A model generated the notes under the pieces. It saw only the letters and a program-made list of their open reading frames with translations. It made no database searches and had not been told where the DNA came from. DNA of 64,000 bases from Callorhinchus milii (taxonomy: Eukaryota), in the NCBI RefSeq assembly GCF_018977255.1, contig NW_024704743.1, forward strand, positions 98,954,001 to 99,018,000, written 5' to 3'. Shown here piece after piece: positions 12,172-24,909 of this stretch (positions are counted from its first letter, which is position 1; the number at the start of each line of letters is the position of its first letter). The position numbers and the translations under genes were made by a program.

Positions 12172-15100
12172 TAACAATAACAACAACAACAAAATTACAT
12201 TTGACAGGAGAATGTCCAAAGGCGCTGAACAGTCGGGGAGCAGGGCCTTGAAAGTGAGGACGAGTATTTTGAATTCTATGCTGCGAGGGATGAGAAGCCA
12301 GTGGAGCTGGGCGAGGGTTGTTGTGATGGGGTCACAGAGCCTGGTGCGGGAGAGGATCTGAGTTCTGGATGATCTGCAGCTTGTGGAGGGAAGAGTTGCA
12401 GAGGCTGACGAGGAGGGAGTTTCCATAGTTGAGCCTTGAGGTGACAAATATGGGTATGAGGTTTCGGCAGCATGAGGGGTGAGGCAGTGGTGGAGTCGGG
12501 CAATGTTGTGGAGGTGGGGGAAGGCAGAGTGGGTCATAACACCAGTAACAAGATTACATTTGTATAGCGCCTTTCACGTCGGGAGGATGTCGCAAGGCGC
12601 TGGACAGAGTACAGCATTTCAGACCCGAGCTGGGGTTGGGACGGGGAAGGGAGGGGAGGGGAAGGGGGGTGGCCGATGCCATGGTCGAAGAGGAGGGTCT
12701 TGAGGCGGGACTTGAAGGAGGCTAAGGAGGGGATGAGGCGGAGTGACTGGGGGATGGAGTTCCAGAGGCTGGGGACAGAGTGGCTGAAGGCTCTCCCGCC
12801 AATGGTGGGGCGGGTGGGTCGGGGAACGTGGAGCAGGCCAGAGCCGGCTGATTGGAGGGAACGGGCGGGTTGATAGGGGGTTAGGAGATCGCAGAGGTAG
12901 GGTGGGGCGAGGACATGGAGGGCTTTGTAGGTGAGGATCAGGATCTTGAACTGGATCCTCTGAAGGATAGGGAGCCAGTGGAGTCGGGTGAGAATGGGGG
13001 AGAAGGGGTCACGGAGTTTGGTGCGGGAGAGGACACGGGCTGCAGGGTTCTGGATTATCTGCAGCCTGTGGAGGGAGGAGTTTGGAAGGCTGACAAGCAG
13101 GACGTTTGCATAGTCGAGCCTGGAGGTGATGAAGGCATGAACAAGAGTTTCAGCGGCCTGAGGGGTGAGGTAGTGGCAGAGTCAGGCGATGTTACGGAGG
13201 TGAGGGAAGGCAGAGCGGGTCATGGCTTGAATGTGTGGGAGTAAAGACCGTTGAGGGTCGAACAAGACACCTGGGTTCCTGACTGACTTGTGAGTTGTAG
13301 TGTGCAACCATGGAGGTTGATGCTGCCAGAGCCTGAGGTGCTGAGGCGCTGGCGTGAGCCAATCAGGAGGGCCTCAGTCTTGTTCACATTCAACTGTAGG
13401 AAATTTGCCCTCATCCAGGACTTGATGTCCGACAGGCAGTCTGTCAGGACAGCAGTGGTCCTGGAGTTGAGGGTGGAGGCAGAAAGATAGAGTTGGGTGT
13501 CATCTGCATACATATGGAAGTTGACCCCATGTCTGTGAATGATGTCACCAAGGGGGGAGCATGTAGATATTAAAGAGGAGAGGGCCAAGGACAGAGTCCT
13601 CGGGGACGCCAGATGTGACAGTGCGGGGGCTGGAGGAGAAACCATTAGAGGCAACAAAGTGGAAACGGTGAGAGAGATAGGAATCGAACCAGGCAAGGGC
13701 AGATCGAGTAAAGCGGAGAGGCGGTGTATGAGGATGGAGTGGGCGACAGTGTCGTAGGCGGCAGAGAGGTCAAGGAGGCAGAAGCAGCCCTGATCACAGA
13801 TGTTCAAAATGTCATTAGTGACTTTGACCAGGGCTGTTTCCGTGCTATGGGCAGCGCAGAAGCCGGATCGGAGGGGTTCAAGGAGGGAATGGTGAGAGAG
13901 AAAGGAGGGGAGAGAAAGGACAGTTGAAGGTTGAACAAGACGCCCAGTTTCCTGACTGGCTTGGTGAGGTGGAGTGTGCGTCCGTGTGTGCTGACGTTTT
14001 CAGTGCTTGGGATGCAGAGGCGCTGGCGCGAGCCAATCAGAAGGGCCTCGGGCTTCCTGACATTCAGCTGTAGAAAGTTGGCTCTCATCGAGAAATTGAT
14101 GTCTGACTACTGACCAATGACCACAATCAGTGGTCCTGGTGTCGAGGGTGGAGGCAAGGAGATAGAGTTGGATGTCACCCGTGTACATGTGGAAGTTGAC
14201 AATCAATCTCATGAAAACTCACTATTATATTGGAGAGAGCAGATTGTACCAGGCAATGTTTGAAGTCCAGAATGTCATCCGAGTACATGTGAAAATTGAC
14301 CCCATGTCTGTGGATGATGTCACTGAGAGGGAGCATGTAGAGGTTAAAGAGGAGGGGACCGAGGACAGAGCCCTGAGGAACACCGCACAAGACTGTGCAG
14401 GGGCTGGAAGAGAAACTGTTGGCTGAAATAAATTAGAAACGGTGTGAGAGATAAGACCTGAACCATTCAAGGACAGAAGTTTGATGGTTGAGGTAAGAAG
14501 AGAGGTGGTGGAGGAGAATCGAGTAGTCCATGGTATCGAAGGCAGCAGAGAGGTTGAGGAGGCAGAGAGAGCCCTGGTCGCAGAGGGACAGCATGTCATT
14601 TCTCACCTTGACCAGAGCAGTTTGCAGCACAGAAACCTGGTTGGAGGGGCTTGTGAAGGGAATAATAGGAGAGGAAGGAGCAAAGCTGGGAAGTAACAAC
14701 TCTTTCAAGGACCTTGGAAAGAAAGGAGAGGTTGGAGATGGGCTGGGAGTTAGAAAGCAGGGATGAGTCCAGGGAAATTTTTTCAGGATTGGGGTGATCA
14801 TAGCTGTTTTTAGGGGGATGGGAACGGTGCCAGATGATAGGAAGAGATTGATGGTATCAAAGAGTAGAGGGGCGAGGAGGTAGAGCTAGGAGGTAAGGAG
14901 AGGGGTGGGAATGGGTCAAGGGAGCAGGTGGTGTGTTTCATATTGGATATAGTGATGATGAGAGAGGAGGGAGAGACAGGATCGAAGATGTGGAGGGAGG
15001 GATGGGTAGGGATCGGAGTGTGGGTCGGAGATGAGGAGGGAGTGATGTTCGGGAGAACAGAGGCAGCTGAACGGATCCCCTCGATTTTGGACTTGAGGAA

Positions 15101-15685
15101 ATCCAGCATCTCCTCACAGTCAGAGTTTGAGGAGAGAATGGGCGAGGGGGCATGGGAGGGTGGACGGAAGAGCCGGTTGGTGCTGGATAATAGGAACCGG
15201 GGGTTGTCCTTCGCCTCCAAGATTATCTTGGAGTAGAAGGACAATTTGGCGGAGGCGAGCAGTACATTTTGATGTGGTCCAGCCAGATCTGCCAGTGGAC
15301 CGTTAGATCAGACTTGAGCCAGGTGCGTTCGGCAGCCCGCACCTGACCCTTGATGGAGCAGAGGTGGCTGGTGTACCAGGGGAGGTTTGTGAGTAGGAGG
15401 CGGTTTGGGAGTGAGGGGTGGCGAGGGAGTTGTGGAGGAGAGTGAGTGAGGAAGATAAATCAGTGTGGGAGGTAGGGCAGAGTGGGAGGAGTTCAGATGA
15501 CTCCAGGGCAGCGGAGAGGGATTGCGGGAGATTTTTTCCGGGGGTGGTAGGATATGGAGGTGGGTTTGGTAGTGGTGGGCAGAGGGATTGAGGAGTTGAA
15601 GGAGATGAATGGCGATCGGAGATGGCTTTGTCTGTGATTGTGATATCCAAGGCACCGAGGTCCCAGGTAATCACCAGGTCAGGTC
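12172..15685 (-). mobile_element. Older L2 (endonuclease C-terminus through 3' tail) interrupted by a younger L2
   Basis: Tail at 12172; RT peptides at 12240-12537 resume at 13906; [38 protein letters not shown]...SDRH near 15600-15680. Confidence 0.88.
12540..13905 (-). mobile_element. Young L2, 5'-truncated, nested in older L2
   Basis: [44 protein letters not shown], nearly identical to the 930-2492 copy; intact 3' stem-loop. Confidence 0.93.
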
Positions 15686-18600
15686 GTCAAAGTTCCTCAA
15701 TAGTAATAATAATAATAATATTACCAATAAATAGCACCAGTAGCACCCTGGAAGTGGAATTGGCTTCACAGCGGGCATGTCTATTTAGCAAAGCCCCTCA
15801 CATGAAGATCTGGATTAAGCAACTGGTCCTGAGTGAGCCTCGTTCACTGCATTGGACTTAGATTCAAGAACGTGGAAGTGGCTGGCACGTCACAAGCTGT
15901 CCTGTAAAGATGGAATGTCAGAATCGAGCCAGCCCTCTATGGCGGTGTGGTAGTCCAGCTCCTGAGCCAGGTGGATCCTCAATGCTTCAGGGCACTGCTG
16001 ATGATGGCTTATCGGCAGGACCTGGAAGGGCAGACCATTCACTAGAGGTAGGGAGTCATCCCACCAAAGTCAGGAGGATACCAGGGCTCAATCAACATTT
16101 CAAGGAAGTCTGGTGTCTAACCCTTTCAGACGATTCTGCAAATGAAAGGGAAGAATGCATGCAGTTGTGGATCTGAAGAATGTGTGATCAGATTCATGCC
16201 CAGAGATGGGGGTAAGGGGTCCCTTATTTGAGAAGAGACAAGGCCCAGGTGGATTATTTGTGAATTGCTGAGAGAGCATGCTGCTAAGCAAATCGATCAG
16301 TAACAATTGCCTGGGATCTCCCTCCTCAGTATACTGTATCAGGAAAGGTACTGTGCAGAAGTACATCACTTTGCTGTGTAGCCTGAGGAGAGACTTGTGG
16401 TTTTAAAACACCCCAACACCGATGCAATTTGCTTCCACTGTCTACTGCAGTAGAGGATGCAAAGCAGCAAAACAAGAGGGCACTGGTTTAGGGTTCCATA
16501 GGGCATGTTTGTTTCTGTTTACCAATACATCAGAAGATTGGGGGGGGGAGGGTCAGTTGACCTGAGGGTATACAATAGAAACATTAAAACCTCATACTCC
16601 CAGGTTGAGTATGGTGACAGATAGCAATACTTGTTGTATCTATTGATGGAATATTTAATTGCTTTGGCAACAGAGTCAAGCCCAGGCATTGCGAATGCAC
16701 AAATTATACCGAAGTGATCCATCCTTCAGACAAGACGCTAAACCGATGCCCAGTCTGTCTATTCTGGTGGTTGTTAAAAAGAAAAGAGCAGGGAGTTTCT
16801 ATCAATACCCTGGCCAACAATCCCCCAAATCCACAAAACGCATAGTTACTCCACTTTACAGTAAATCCTGTGACATACTTTGGAGAGACCTCTTGACATG
16901 AAAGGCACTTGTAAGGATTCTTGTTATTGCTATTTTAAAAAATGGTGAACTTGGCTGAAAATCAGAGGTAACTTGTTTGTTTTCTTTGCCTGAAGTTCAG
17001 TGTTATGGGATTTTAGGGGTTCCAGCACTGTAGACAATGTTGGGCAATGGTGTACTACACCTTCAATAGAATAATGTTGTGTGATTTGAGTTTTTTAAAT
17101 ATTGTTAAGCAGCAGCTGTTTGCTCAACCACAATGAACTAAGTAGCAAGCACTGGCAGGTGGCTCTCTGTGCTGGTGGCACAACACTTAGTGGAGTGGTA
17201 GGATGCGGGCTTCGTGTCTGGTCTTTCTCCTCCAGGGGATTTACTGTCTCAACTGTGCTCTCAGTGAATGGTACTGGGGAGAGAAGGGGCTTCCATGCAA
17301 TTAAGTAAAAAGGAGACGGTGAGTCAAAGCTGCATTACTCTCACCCACGGTTTGTACTTTGTTAAACCAATTCCTGTTAGTCGGAGAGTGATAAATAGCA
17401 CTGGGAGGCCAAAATGGTGAAGGGGAGAAATGTGAATCAGTTTGGCAATGTCAATGTTAAAGGAGGGATAATTTTATTTCCTGAACTTTGTGTTATGAAT
17501 TTATTGCCGGGAACTAAGTGTTCTGCCATGTTCATTAAGTTTTGAGAAAGTGCCCCTGTGGGCTTTGCAATATACCAAACATTGCAGAGTTACACTTAGC
17601 TCATGGCAGTCATACATAGCACAGAGCACATGGATTCAAATAGTTCTCTGAGTATTGATGTGGAGCCATTTGTCAAAAACTCTAGAGGACTCTTGTACTG
17701 CCTCCTTGCTTCAGTGTTCAGACTGTTGTAGGTTACAGCTCCTTAATGTTCGAATAACAAGGTCAGACGTTAGCAAAATAAACTGTCTTCTAAAGAAGTT
17801 GGTGTCATGAAGAACATCAGTTAGGAATGGGAAAGGGCATTCACCTATTCAGGCCAAAGGCATTTATGCTGGTCTGTGGGAGATTGAATCCCATTCCTGC
17901 ATGATATCAGGCATTATGTCAGGTTGCACTGACATTATGAAATGAATTATAGCAGACAGCCACGTTCCTCCATGCATAGTCTCTGTTAGTCATTGAAAAA
18001 ATTATATTTTGAGGACAAGGGGGAGTATGTTTTTAATAAAGGCTCCTTACAAGTGAGGGATTCATAAACGCATCTTTATATCAGATGCCTCAGTGTATCT
18101 CAACAGTTTATCAAGATGATTTACTGTTTATTAATTCTGAATGCAAGTTAATTTATGCACGTTAATTTCTGGGCTTTGAACATTTAATATTAGTTCTGTT
18201 TGTTGTTGACCATCATCAAGGGTGATTTATTGTTGCTAAAATGCATAATCCATATTATTTTCTTTTTTTATACTTTGTGAGCCGGATACTCCTTTACTTC
18301 CTTTCTCCAGTCTTGCCAGGCCATGTGCTAACCTCAACTGAGCTGTTCTTGAACTAGTCACTCAGAGCTGTGAGAAAACCGCCAGAAAGCCTTATTTTCC
18401 CTTCCCGCAGAGAGGTATCCAGCGGTTTGTTTGAGGTTACCTGCTGATATAATAATAATAATCCTTGCATTTGATATAGCACTTTTCAAGTTCTTGTGTG
18501 GGTGTCAGTGTACTGGCACCAGAAAAAGTGTCTTGGGATGTAAAGTATGACTCCCTATTGTACATCATGTTGACTTGCAAAATCTCAGCTTGACTCAAAA

Positions 18601-21079
18601 TTGTCTTGGAGGGAGCAGAGGGTTTTGTGAGTCAGCGTGATGTACACGGTGCTCCCCAGAGGAGATATATTTTGTCTTAGGTGCTTTTTTGGGGAGATGG
18701 CAAGTGTTGTTTCAACCTCATTGCCACAAATTAAACCGGGAACTCAAGGCAGTATTTTACAAAGCTACAAGTTGGCACGTTGACACTTGTCAACTGAGGG
18801 CAGTGTTACGCAGTGTGTCGTCTTATTCGGATTTTTAAAATTTGCTTTATTGAGAATGGGGCATCCTTAACACAGTGCATTGAACAAAAACCTGGAATTG
18901 TTGTGCTGTTTACATAATAACTATTTGCATCAAACATGCTGTGAATTGGACTGTAAATTTGATTTCACCGATATAGGACTATAATAGGAGTATCTTTGAA
19001 AATGTCTGCTTATATTGACTTGAGCCATTTTAAATAAACAAGGAAAGCCACCAAAGTGCACTTAATTTGATATAAGATCTTATCACGTCGTTGAAACATC
19101 TCAAATCACATCCACCCACATTTATACTGCACAAATCAGTGTGTTACTGCAAATCACCTCCTTAAGTCGGGTTTGGTGTCCATACTTCCAGTCAAATTCA
19201 CTCTCCCAATGCATAGTGCAATTTTTGAAGAGCCTCGTATGAACTGGGAAAAGAAAATTCCTAAACCACTGTCTGCAATAACAGCAAAATGGTTAAATTG
19301 TGAAGAAGGAGCAGATACTCACATGCAGACCTCTGCTGTGTACTTCCCAGAACAAGAAATGCAACATAAAAAACTTATTTATACTTCATTACTTATTTTT
19401 CTTCAGTTTGGCCAATTGAATTTTTTTTGTTCTCTCAAATAGGCCAAACGCTCTGCATCCCAGTTTGTGGCATGAGGTTTCATTCTTTGATGGCATCAAG
19501 CTACAAATGCCTTGGGAATTGCGAGGTTTTGCTGGAAACAGATGTGAGCTTCAAATAACCCCACAAAGAAAGAGAGCTGCATTCTTTCTGTTCTGTGATG
19601 GGGGTTGGGGGGGGAGGTGGTGGTAAACAAAAAAACAGAAATGATCAACTCCTAAATTGCAAGTCACGCTGGGCTTTCTTTTTACTAGTTATAAAGTTTT
19701 GACTTAAAGGATTTGGAGGAACAGCACCGATGAGCTGGGAAATTAAGATGATTAGAATCTTTTAAAGCTTTAGAAATGGTGGTGAGTCTGGGATTCACTG
19801 GGTGTAAATAATGGCTGAAAAGAAGAAGCAACGACAAAGATCAGGGTGTTGAGGAGAATGTGTGACCCTTGTATTAGACTTTATAAACTGGGTACCCTGA
19901 TGCCAATGGGAATATCTTATTATTTGCATGTGACATGTTCAGCACATGGGAGTGGGTGTAATGAAATATTTAACCCAGTTGCTGTTAATATTTCCCCAAA
20001 TAAAGTTGGTCATTCGTTTTATAGTTCTTTTTGGGACATTGCTGTGAGAAATTGGGCTGCTGCGTTTGCTAACAAATATACAGTCACTCCACTTCATAGT
20101 AAATCATCCTTCTGACATGAAAGGCAGTATTCTAAATGCAATCATTATTATTGTTATAAGATTTCAGAAATAAATTAGGGTTGAAAAAGCAATCTTTTAG
20201 GAAAATAGCAAGCATAAATGATACCTTGCACTGGAAAAAGCACCCTAGGATGCAAAGCGAGTCTTCTCTAGCGAATCCCACTTACGTCACACTGACGCAC
20301 AAGAGCCCAGCTTGAGTAGGAAATCTTGAGTAGGATTAACAAGTACAGTTACGCATGATGCATAGAGAGTTTGCTGCAGGGGATGTTCTGACTTTATGTC
20401 CGAGATTTCTCTGTGGCATTGAATCTCCCATTTACACCTTTATTTTGCTGACCAGAGCTGTTTGAACCCATTGTGTCCCAATAGCTTTTGTGTAAAGACA
20501 CCACTTGATGTAGTGCTGAAGCGTACAGACCAGAAGTCTGTGTGCTTGAATCTTGGTCTTTCCTATGTTAGCATAGCATTTTGGGCCTCTACGATTGACC
20601 TCAGGTTATATGTGACAAATTGTTCATCCTCCTGGTCCATATTCAGGCCTCCCTCCTATAAAGAGTATTTATGAAGATAAATATATAATGGAGATCTCCA
20701 GCCTACTGACAATTTACAATGTAAATTGTAATAATCCTTGCACTTGATACAGCGCTTTTGGTATTGGGAGGATGCCTCAAAATGATTCACTGTTTATTTT
20801 GTTGGCGATCAACTCTTCTAAATGAAGCACGGTCACTTTGGTGAGGGACCAGAGAGCAGGTGTACTTGAGCAAGAGTCTGCAATCTCAGGAAAACAAGGG
20901 ATAAGATTGTCAACATAAAATTATCTTTTGATAGTTATAGGCTGTCATGTTATCTCCTCTGACAGGACAATCTGGTCACATTTTTACATCATCCTCTTCC
21001 AATTCTTAGTTTCTAAACTCTTGTGTGTCCTTTTCTCCCCTCTTTCAAGATGTTGGCAAAGAAAATACACAGTCATTAT

Positions 21080-21470
21080 ACTTCACACATCCATGGCCTT
21101 GCCCCCTCCTACCTCTCTGTCCTGCTGACTTCCTACCAACTTGTCCGCTTCCTCCATTCAGCGGGCTCTGGCCTGCTCCATGACCCCCTCCCGACCCGCC
21201 CTACCATCATTGGCCGGGCTTTCAGCCTCTCTGCCCCAATCTCTGGAACTCCATCCCATGGTCCCTTCGCCTCGCTTCTTCCCTTGCCTCCTTCAAGGCC
21301 GGTCTCAAGACCCTTCTCCAACCGTGCCTCTGGGCTCCCTCCCACCTCTCTGCTACCCTTACCCCTACACCACCCCTACCCCATGCTCGGGCCCCGACAT
21401 CTGACTGTTCAGTGCTTTGGGACGTCCTCCCGACGTGAAAGGCGCTCTATAAATGTAATTTTGTTGTTTT
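21080..21470 (+). mobile_element. L2 3' fragment
   Basis: HGLAPSYLS...GRAFSLSAP; ends gtgctttgggacgtcctcccgacgtgaaaggcgctctataaatgtaattttgttg. Confidence 0.88.
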
Positions 21471-22819
21471 GTTTACAGTAAAATCCTGTGAAACGCTTAG
21501 GATATTTTCCTGACATGAAAGATGAAATGTCAAGTGCAAGGGTTGTTATTGTTTTATAGCATCACTACCTTAGGGAGGCACTTCTTCTCGTGGCACAGCA
21601 AATGACAAACCAAAGTTGCTTTCAACTCTGGCTTGATGGCTAGAGTGAAAACAAGGCCAAGGATTTTAGCTGGCAAACTATCTGCTCAGGGCTGAGTGTT
21701 CTCACCTGCCTCGGTTACTAGATGCTTTCAGCACTGCTATATTTTTTAAAGTCAAAGTCCTTGAAACTTTTTGGCAGTAAGTTCAGAGCAGATTGTAGCC
21801 CGATCTTGCTGGCCGTGTGTCAGATTAATGTGTGTAAAGTCTATTAATAATAATAAATAACAAACATGCATTTGATATAGTGCCTATTCCATTCCTATTA
21901 GATGGAAACATCTCAAAGTGCTTCACAGGTCAAGTGCTGTCAAGTGTATTGACTGAATTTTGTATTAGATTCTGGTTTGCAAAAAAAGCTGACAACACAA
22001 AACCATCATGAGACTTGGGTCAGAAGACTGAAACGAATTTTTGTATTGGTTTTAAACATACATTCACTACAATTTATGGAAAATCCTATGATGTGCTCTG
22101 AGACTTTGCAATATAATAAGGTGCTATATCAATGCAAATGCAAGGATTCTTGTGAAATTCACAGCAACAGAAGGTGAAGTTGCTTTCTGTTTCAGAGGAG
22201 AAAATGAGAACTTGCAAGGATGAAGAGACCATTTACCACGGATTTGTTTTTTAGTGGGAATATGGAATAGGGAAGAGATGAGTTGAGCAAATTCTAAGTC
22301 CCAATTGTGGCACTTTCACAATACATATTGAAGGAAAAGCTTCTCTCTTATCACTACTTTGACTTTGAGATATCTGAAGGCTTTTTATGGTCTGTTGCAA
22401 AATTTGGAGGAATGTAGAGTTTCAGAAAGATAGCTTGTAGCCAATGGGTGGTTGCAGAATTCCTTTCGGGATGCGTACACAGAGGTAGAAGGGACGTGTT
22501 GACCAAAGGTGTATTTAATCTCAAACTTTTACAGGGTTCTCATTTTACCACGGAGATGTGTGGCACAATATAGTTTCCAATAACTGAGCTGACTGAGAGT
22601 CACTGGTGTCAGTTGAGTTGCAGACAATTCAGGAACAGTTGAAAAATGTGTGTGTCATAAGTCTCCATAGGTATAAAACTTTGAGCGGGTTCTTTGTACA
22701 CATTTAAGGAGGATTATTTTAATACTTCAATATGTTGCCTATCTATAAATTTGCTGCTTTATTAAAGGGGAGGCTGAGTATTAAACTGATTCTGCTCATA
22801 TGCTTACAACTTTGTGTGT

Positions 22820-23050
22820 CAGGCTAGTTCAGGTTATAGTGCTCTCACCTCTGAGTCAAGCCCCAAGTTGGAACTTTGAACTTGTATAGTCTACAGTATG
22901 ACTCCAGTGCAGTGTGCTACGTTGTTAGAGATACTGTCCTTTAGGTAAGATGTTAAATCAAGGAGCTGTCTGCCTGTTTAAGTGGACATTAAAGATCCCA
23001 CAGCACTAATCGAAAAGAGAAGGGAGTTTCTCCCAGAGTCCTACCCAACA
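22820..23050 (+). mobile_element. Older tRNA-headed SINE (SacSINE1-like), 5' half
   Basis: gtgctctcacctctgagtca...actccagtgcag...gtggacattaaagatcccacagcacta...gaagggagtttctccc. Related pieces lie near 9180-9265, 16715-16930, 28235-28375 (+) and 36665-37040 (-). Confidence 0.75.
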
Positions 23051-23394
23051 ATCCTCACATCAAAAGTATCAAATCCGTTCACTGGCCAAAGCTTTCTTAA
23101 GTACAATACACAGAATGAGTGTTTGGCTATAGGCAGTCAATTAATCAAGAAATTAAGTGAACAGCAAAAAAATGAGGATACAAATTATGCTTTTTTGTCC
23201 AAGCAAACTTGAATTAACATTTCCCTCATGTAACACATGCCTAATAATTGAATGGTCTGGCAAAACTGGGAACCTGAATTTAGAACTGATCCCCCCCACC
23301 TCTCTCCCACTCACCATAGCATGCTTTAAGTCTTCAGGTCTCACTGAGCCAAGTTTGAACATCCCGTCCCTTGACTCTTACCTAATATCAGAGA

Positions 23395-24153
23395 AACCAT
23401 ACTTAGAATACTGTGTGCAGTTCTGGTCCCCACATTATAGAAGGGATGTTGAGGCACTGGAGAGGGTGCAAAGGAGATCCATGATCCCAGAACTGAGAGG
23501 TTATACCTCTCAGGAAAGGCTGAACATACTTGGACTCTTTTCTCTTGAAAAGATGAGGGTATGGCGTGACCTGATAGAGGTCTTTAGAATGATGAAAGGT
23601 TTTGATAGGGTAGACACAGGGAAGATGCTTCCACTTGTGGGGGAGATCAAAACCAGGGGCCATCAATATAAAATAGTCACAAATAGATCAAATAGAGAAG
23701 TTAGAAGAAATTTCTTCACACAGAAAGTAGTGGGAATGTGGAACATGCTACCACAAGGAGTTGTTGAGGCAAATAGCATAGATGTATTTAAGGGAAAGCT
23801 AGATTGGTACATGAGGGAGAAAGGAATAGAAGATTATGTTAGAAGGCTTAGTTGAGGGAGGGCAGGAGGAGGCTCATGTGGAGCATAAACAATAATAATC
23901 CCTCCAAAACCAAAAACAATAATAAATTGGTCATTTTCAATCTGCGACTGTTTGTGGGACATTGCTGTGCGCAATTGGCTGCCGCGTTCGCCCACAAAAA
24001 ATACAGTCAATTCACTTTACAGTGTGTTCTGTGAAGCGCTTTGGGACGTCCTCCCGACGTGAAAAGTGCTATATCAAATGCAAGGATTATTATTATTAAA
24101 CACCAGCATAGACCAGTTGGGCCGAATGGCCTGTTTCTGTGCTGTATATTCTA
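23395..24153 (+). mobile_element. CR1-clade LINE 3' fragment (ORF2 C-terminus and 3' UTR)
   Basis: PYLEYCVQFWSPHYRRDVEALERVQRR...LGLFSLEK...DLIEVFRMMKG...TRGHQYK...RNFFTQKVVGMWNMLP; 3' end gggccgaatggcctgtttctgtgctgtatattcta. Confidence 0.93.
23892..24096 (+). mobile_element. 5'-truncated young SINE inserted in the CR1 3' UTR
   Basis: Matches 50238-50450; TSD TAAACA at 23886-23891 and 24097-24102. Confidence 0.92.
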
Positions 24154-24364
24154 ATATATTTGAATGTAGGACATGAATTTACACATTGTGATCTGATTTT
24201 AAAAAAACACAGCTGGATTCCCAGAGAGAATGAAGGTTGGATATTCTGTTGCAGTGGTGGGAGCATTTAGTTGGTTGAGTGATTGAAAGTTAAGTGCTCT
24301 GCAGATTAAGAGTGAATGGTGTGAGACTGCTTTTCCTGATGAACGTCTTCTTTGTTTCCTTCAG

Positions 24365-24483
24365 GAGACGTAGTCTTTGGAGCTGAGAGGACCTGCTGAC
24401 TGCGGAGGCTCCAGTACTATTTTGTTCCATTTTTATGGCATAAAAATGAATGTATTTCAAGAGGATTAACTGAAAAAACTAAG
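24365..24483 (+). other. GREB1L: Candidate GREB1L 5' UTR exon (119 nt)
   Basis: Strong acceptor tcttctttgtttccttcag| and donor AAG|gtaaat in non-repeat sequence. Coding exon 1 has an acceptor 3 nt before its ATG, so upstream UTR exons must exist. Confidence 0.6.
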
Positions 24484-24909
24484 GTAAATGGAAAAAACAT
24501 TATCTCAATTGTGTTACATTTTTAATTTTTTTTTAAAAATCCTGCTGATTTTATGTTCCAGTCGTTTAATTCTCTGCTCGTGAGTGAACTGCAAGCAAAG
24601 TATTTACTGATGCATGTTTATTGTTGTTTACCCTTGATCCAAAGTATTTTTTTTGTCAGGATGTCAGTTCTTTGAAGTTTCTCCCCAGGCTTCCAAGGTT
24701 GATTCGGTGATCTGCTCTCAGACCTTAGATAGGCATTCTGACAATTGGGCTGGGGTTGTCAAAGTCTGACCATAATCTGACAGTGGCTTTTACTCATCCT
24801 TTTTGCGGGAGGATTAGGTCGGAGATTTCTGCCACTTCATTAGTTCTACTTCAACGGAGTCAGCTGTGCAGTGTGGAGATTGAATGTACATGTTGTGGTG
24901 CTGCGACTT

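Noticed and set aside
16550..16563. Additional EREs (GGGTCAgtTGACCT here; AGGTCTatgtTGACCT at 6098-6113)
   Set aside because: Spacers are 2 and 4 nt rather than 3, so these are not canonical EREs; other nuclear-receptor use cannot be supported from sequence alone.
17100..19760. Repeat-poor stretches with FOX, TCF and E-box motifs as conserved enhancers
   Set aside because: Short motifs are expected by chance and conservation cannot be assessed without alignments.
23157..23855. 232-aa ORF as a host gene
   Set aside because: Only the part after about 23395 has homology (CR1 ORF2 C-terminus); the upstream part looks like a chance open frame.
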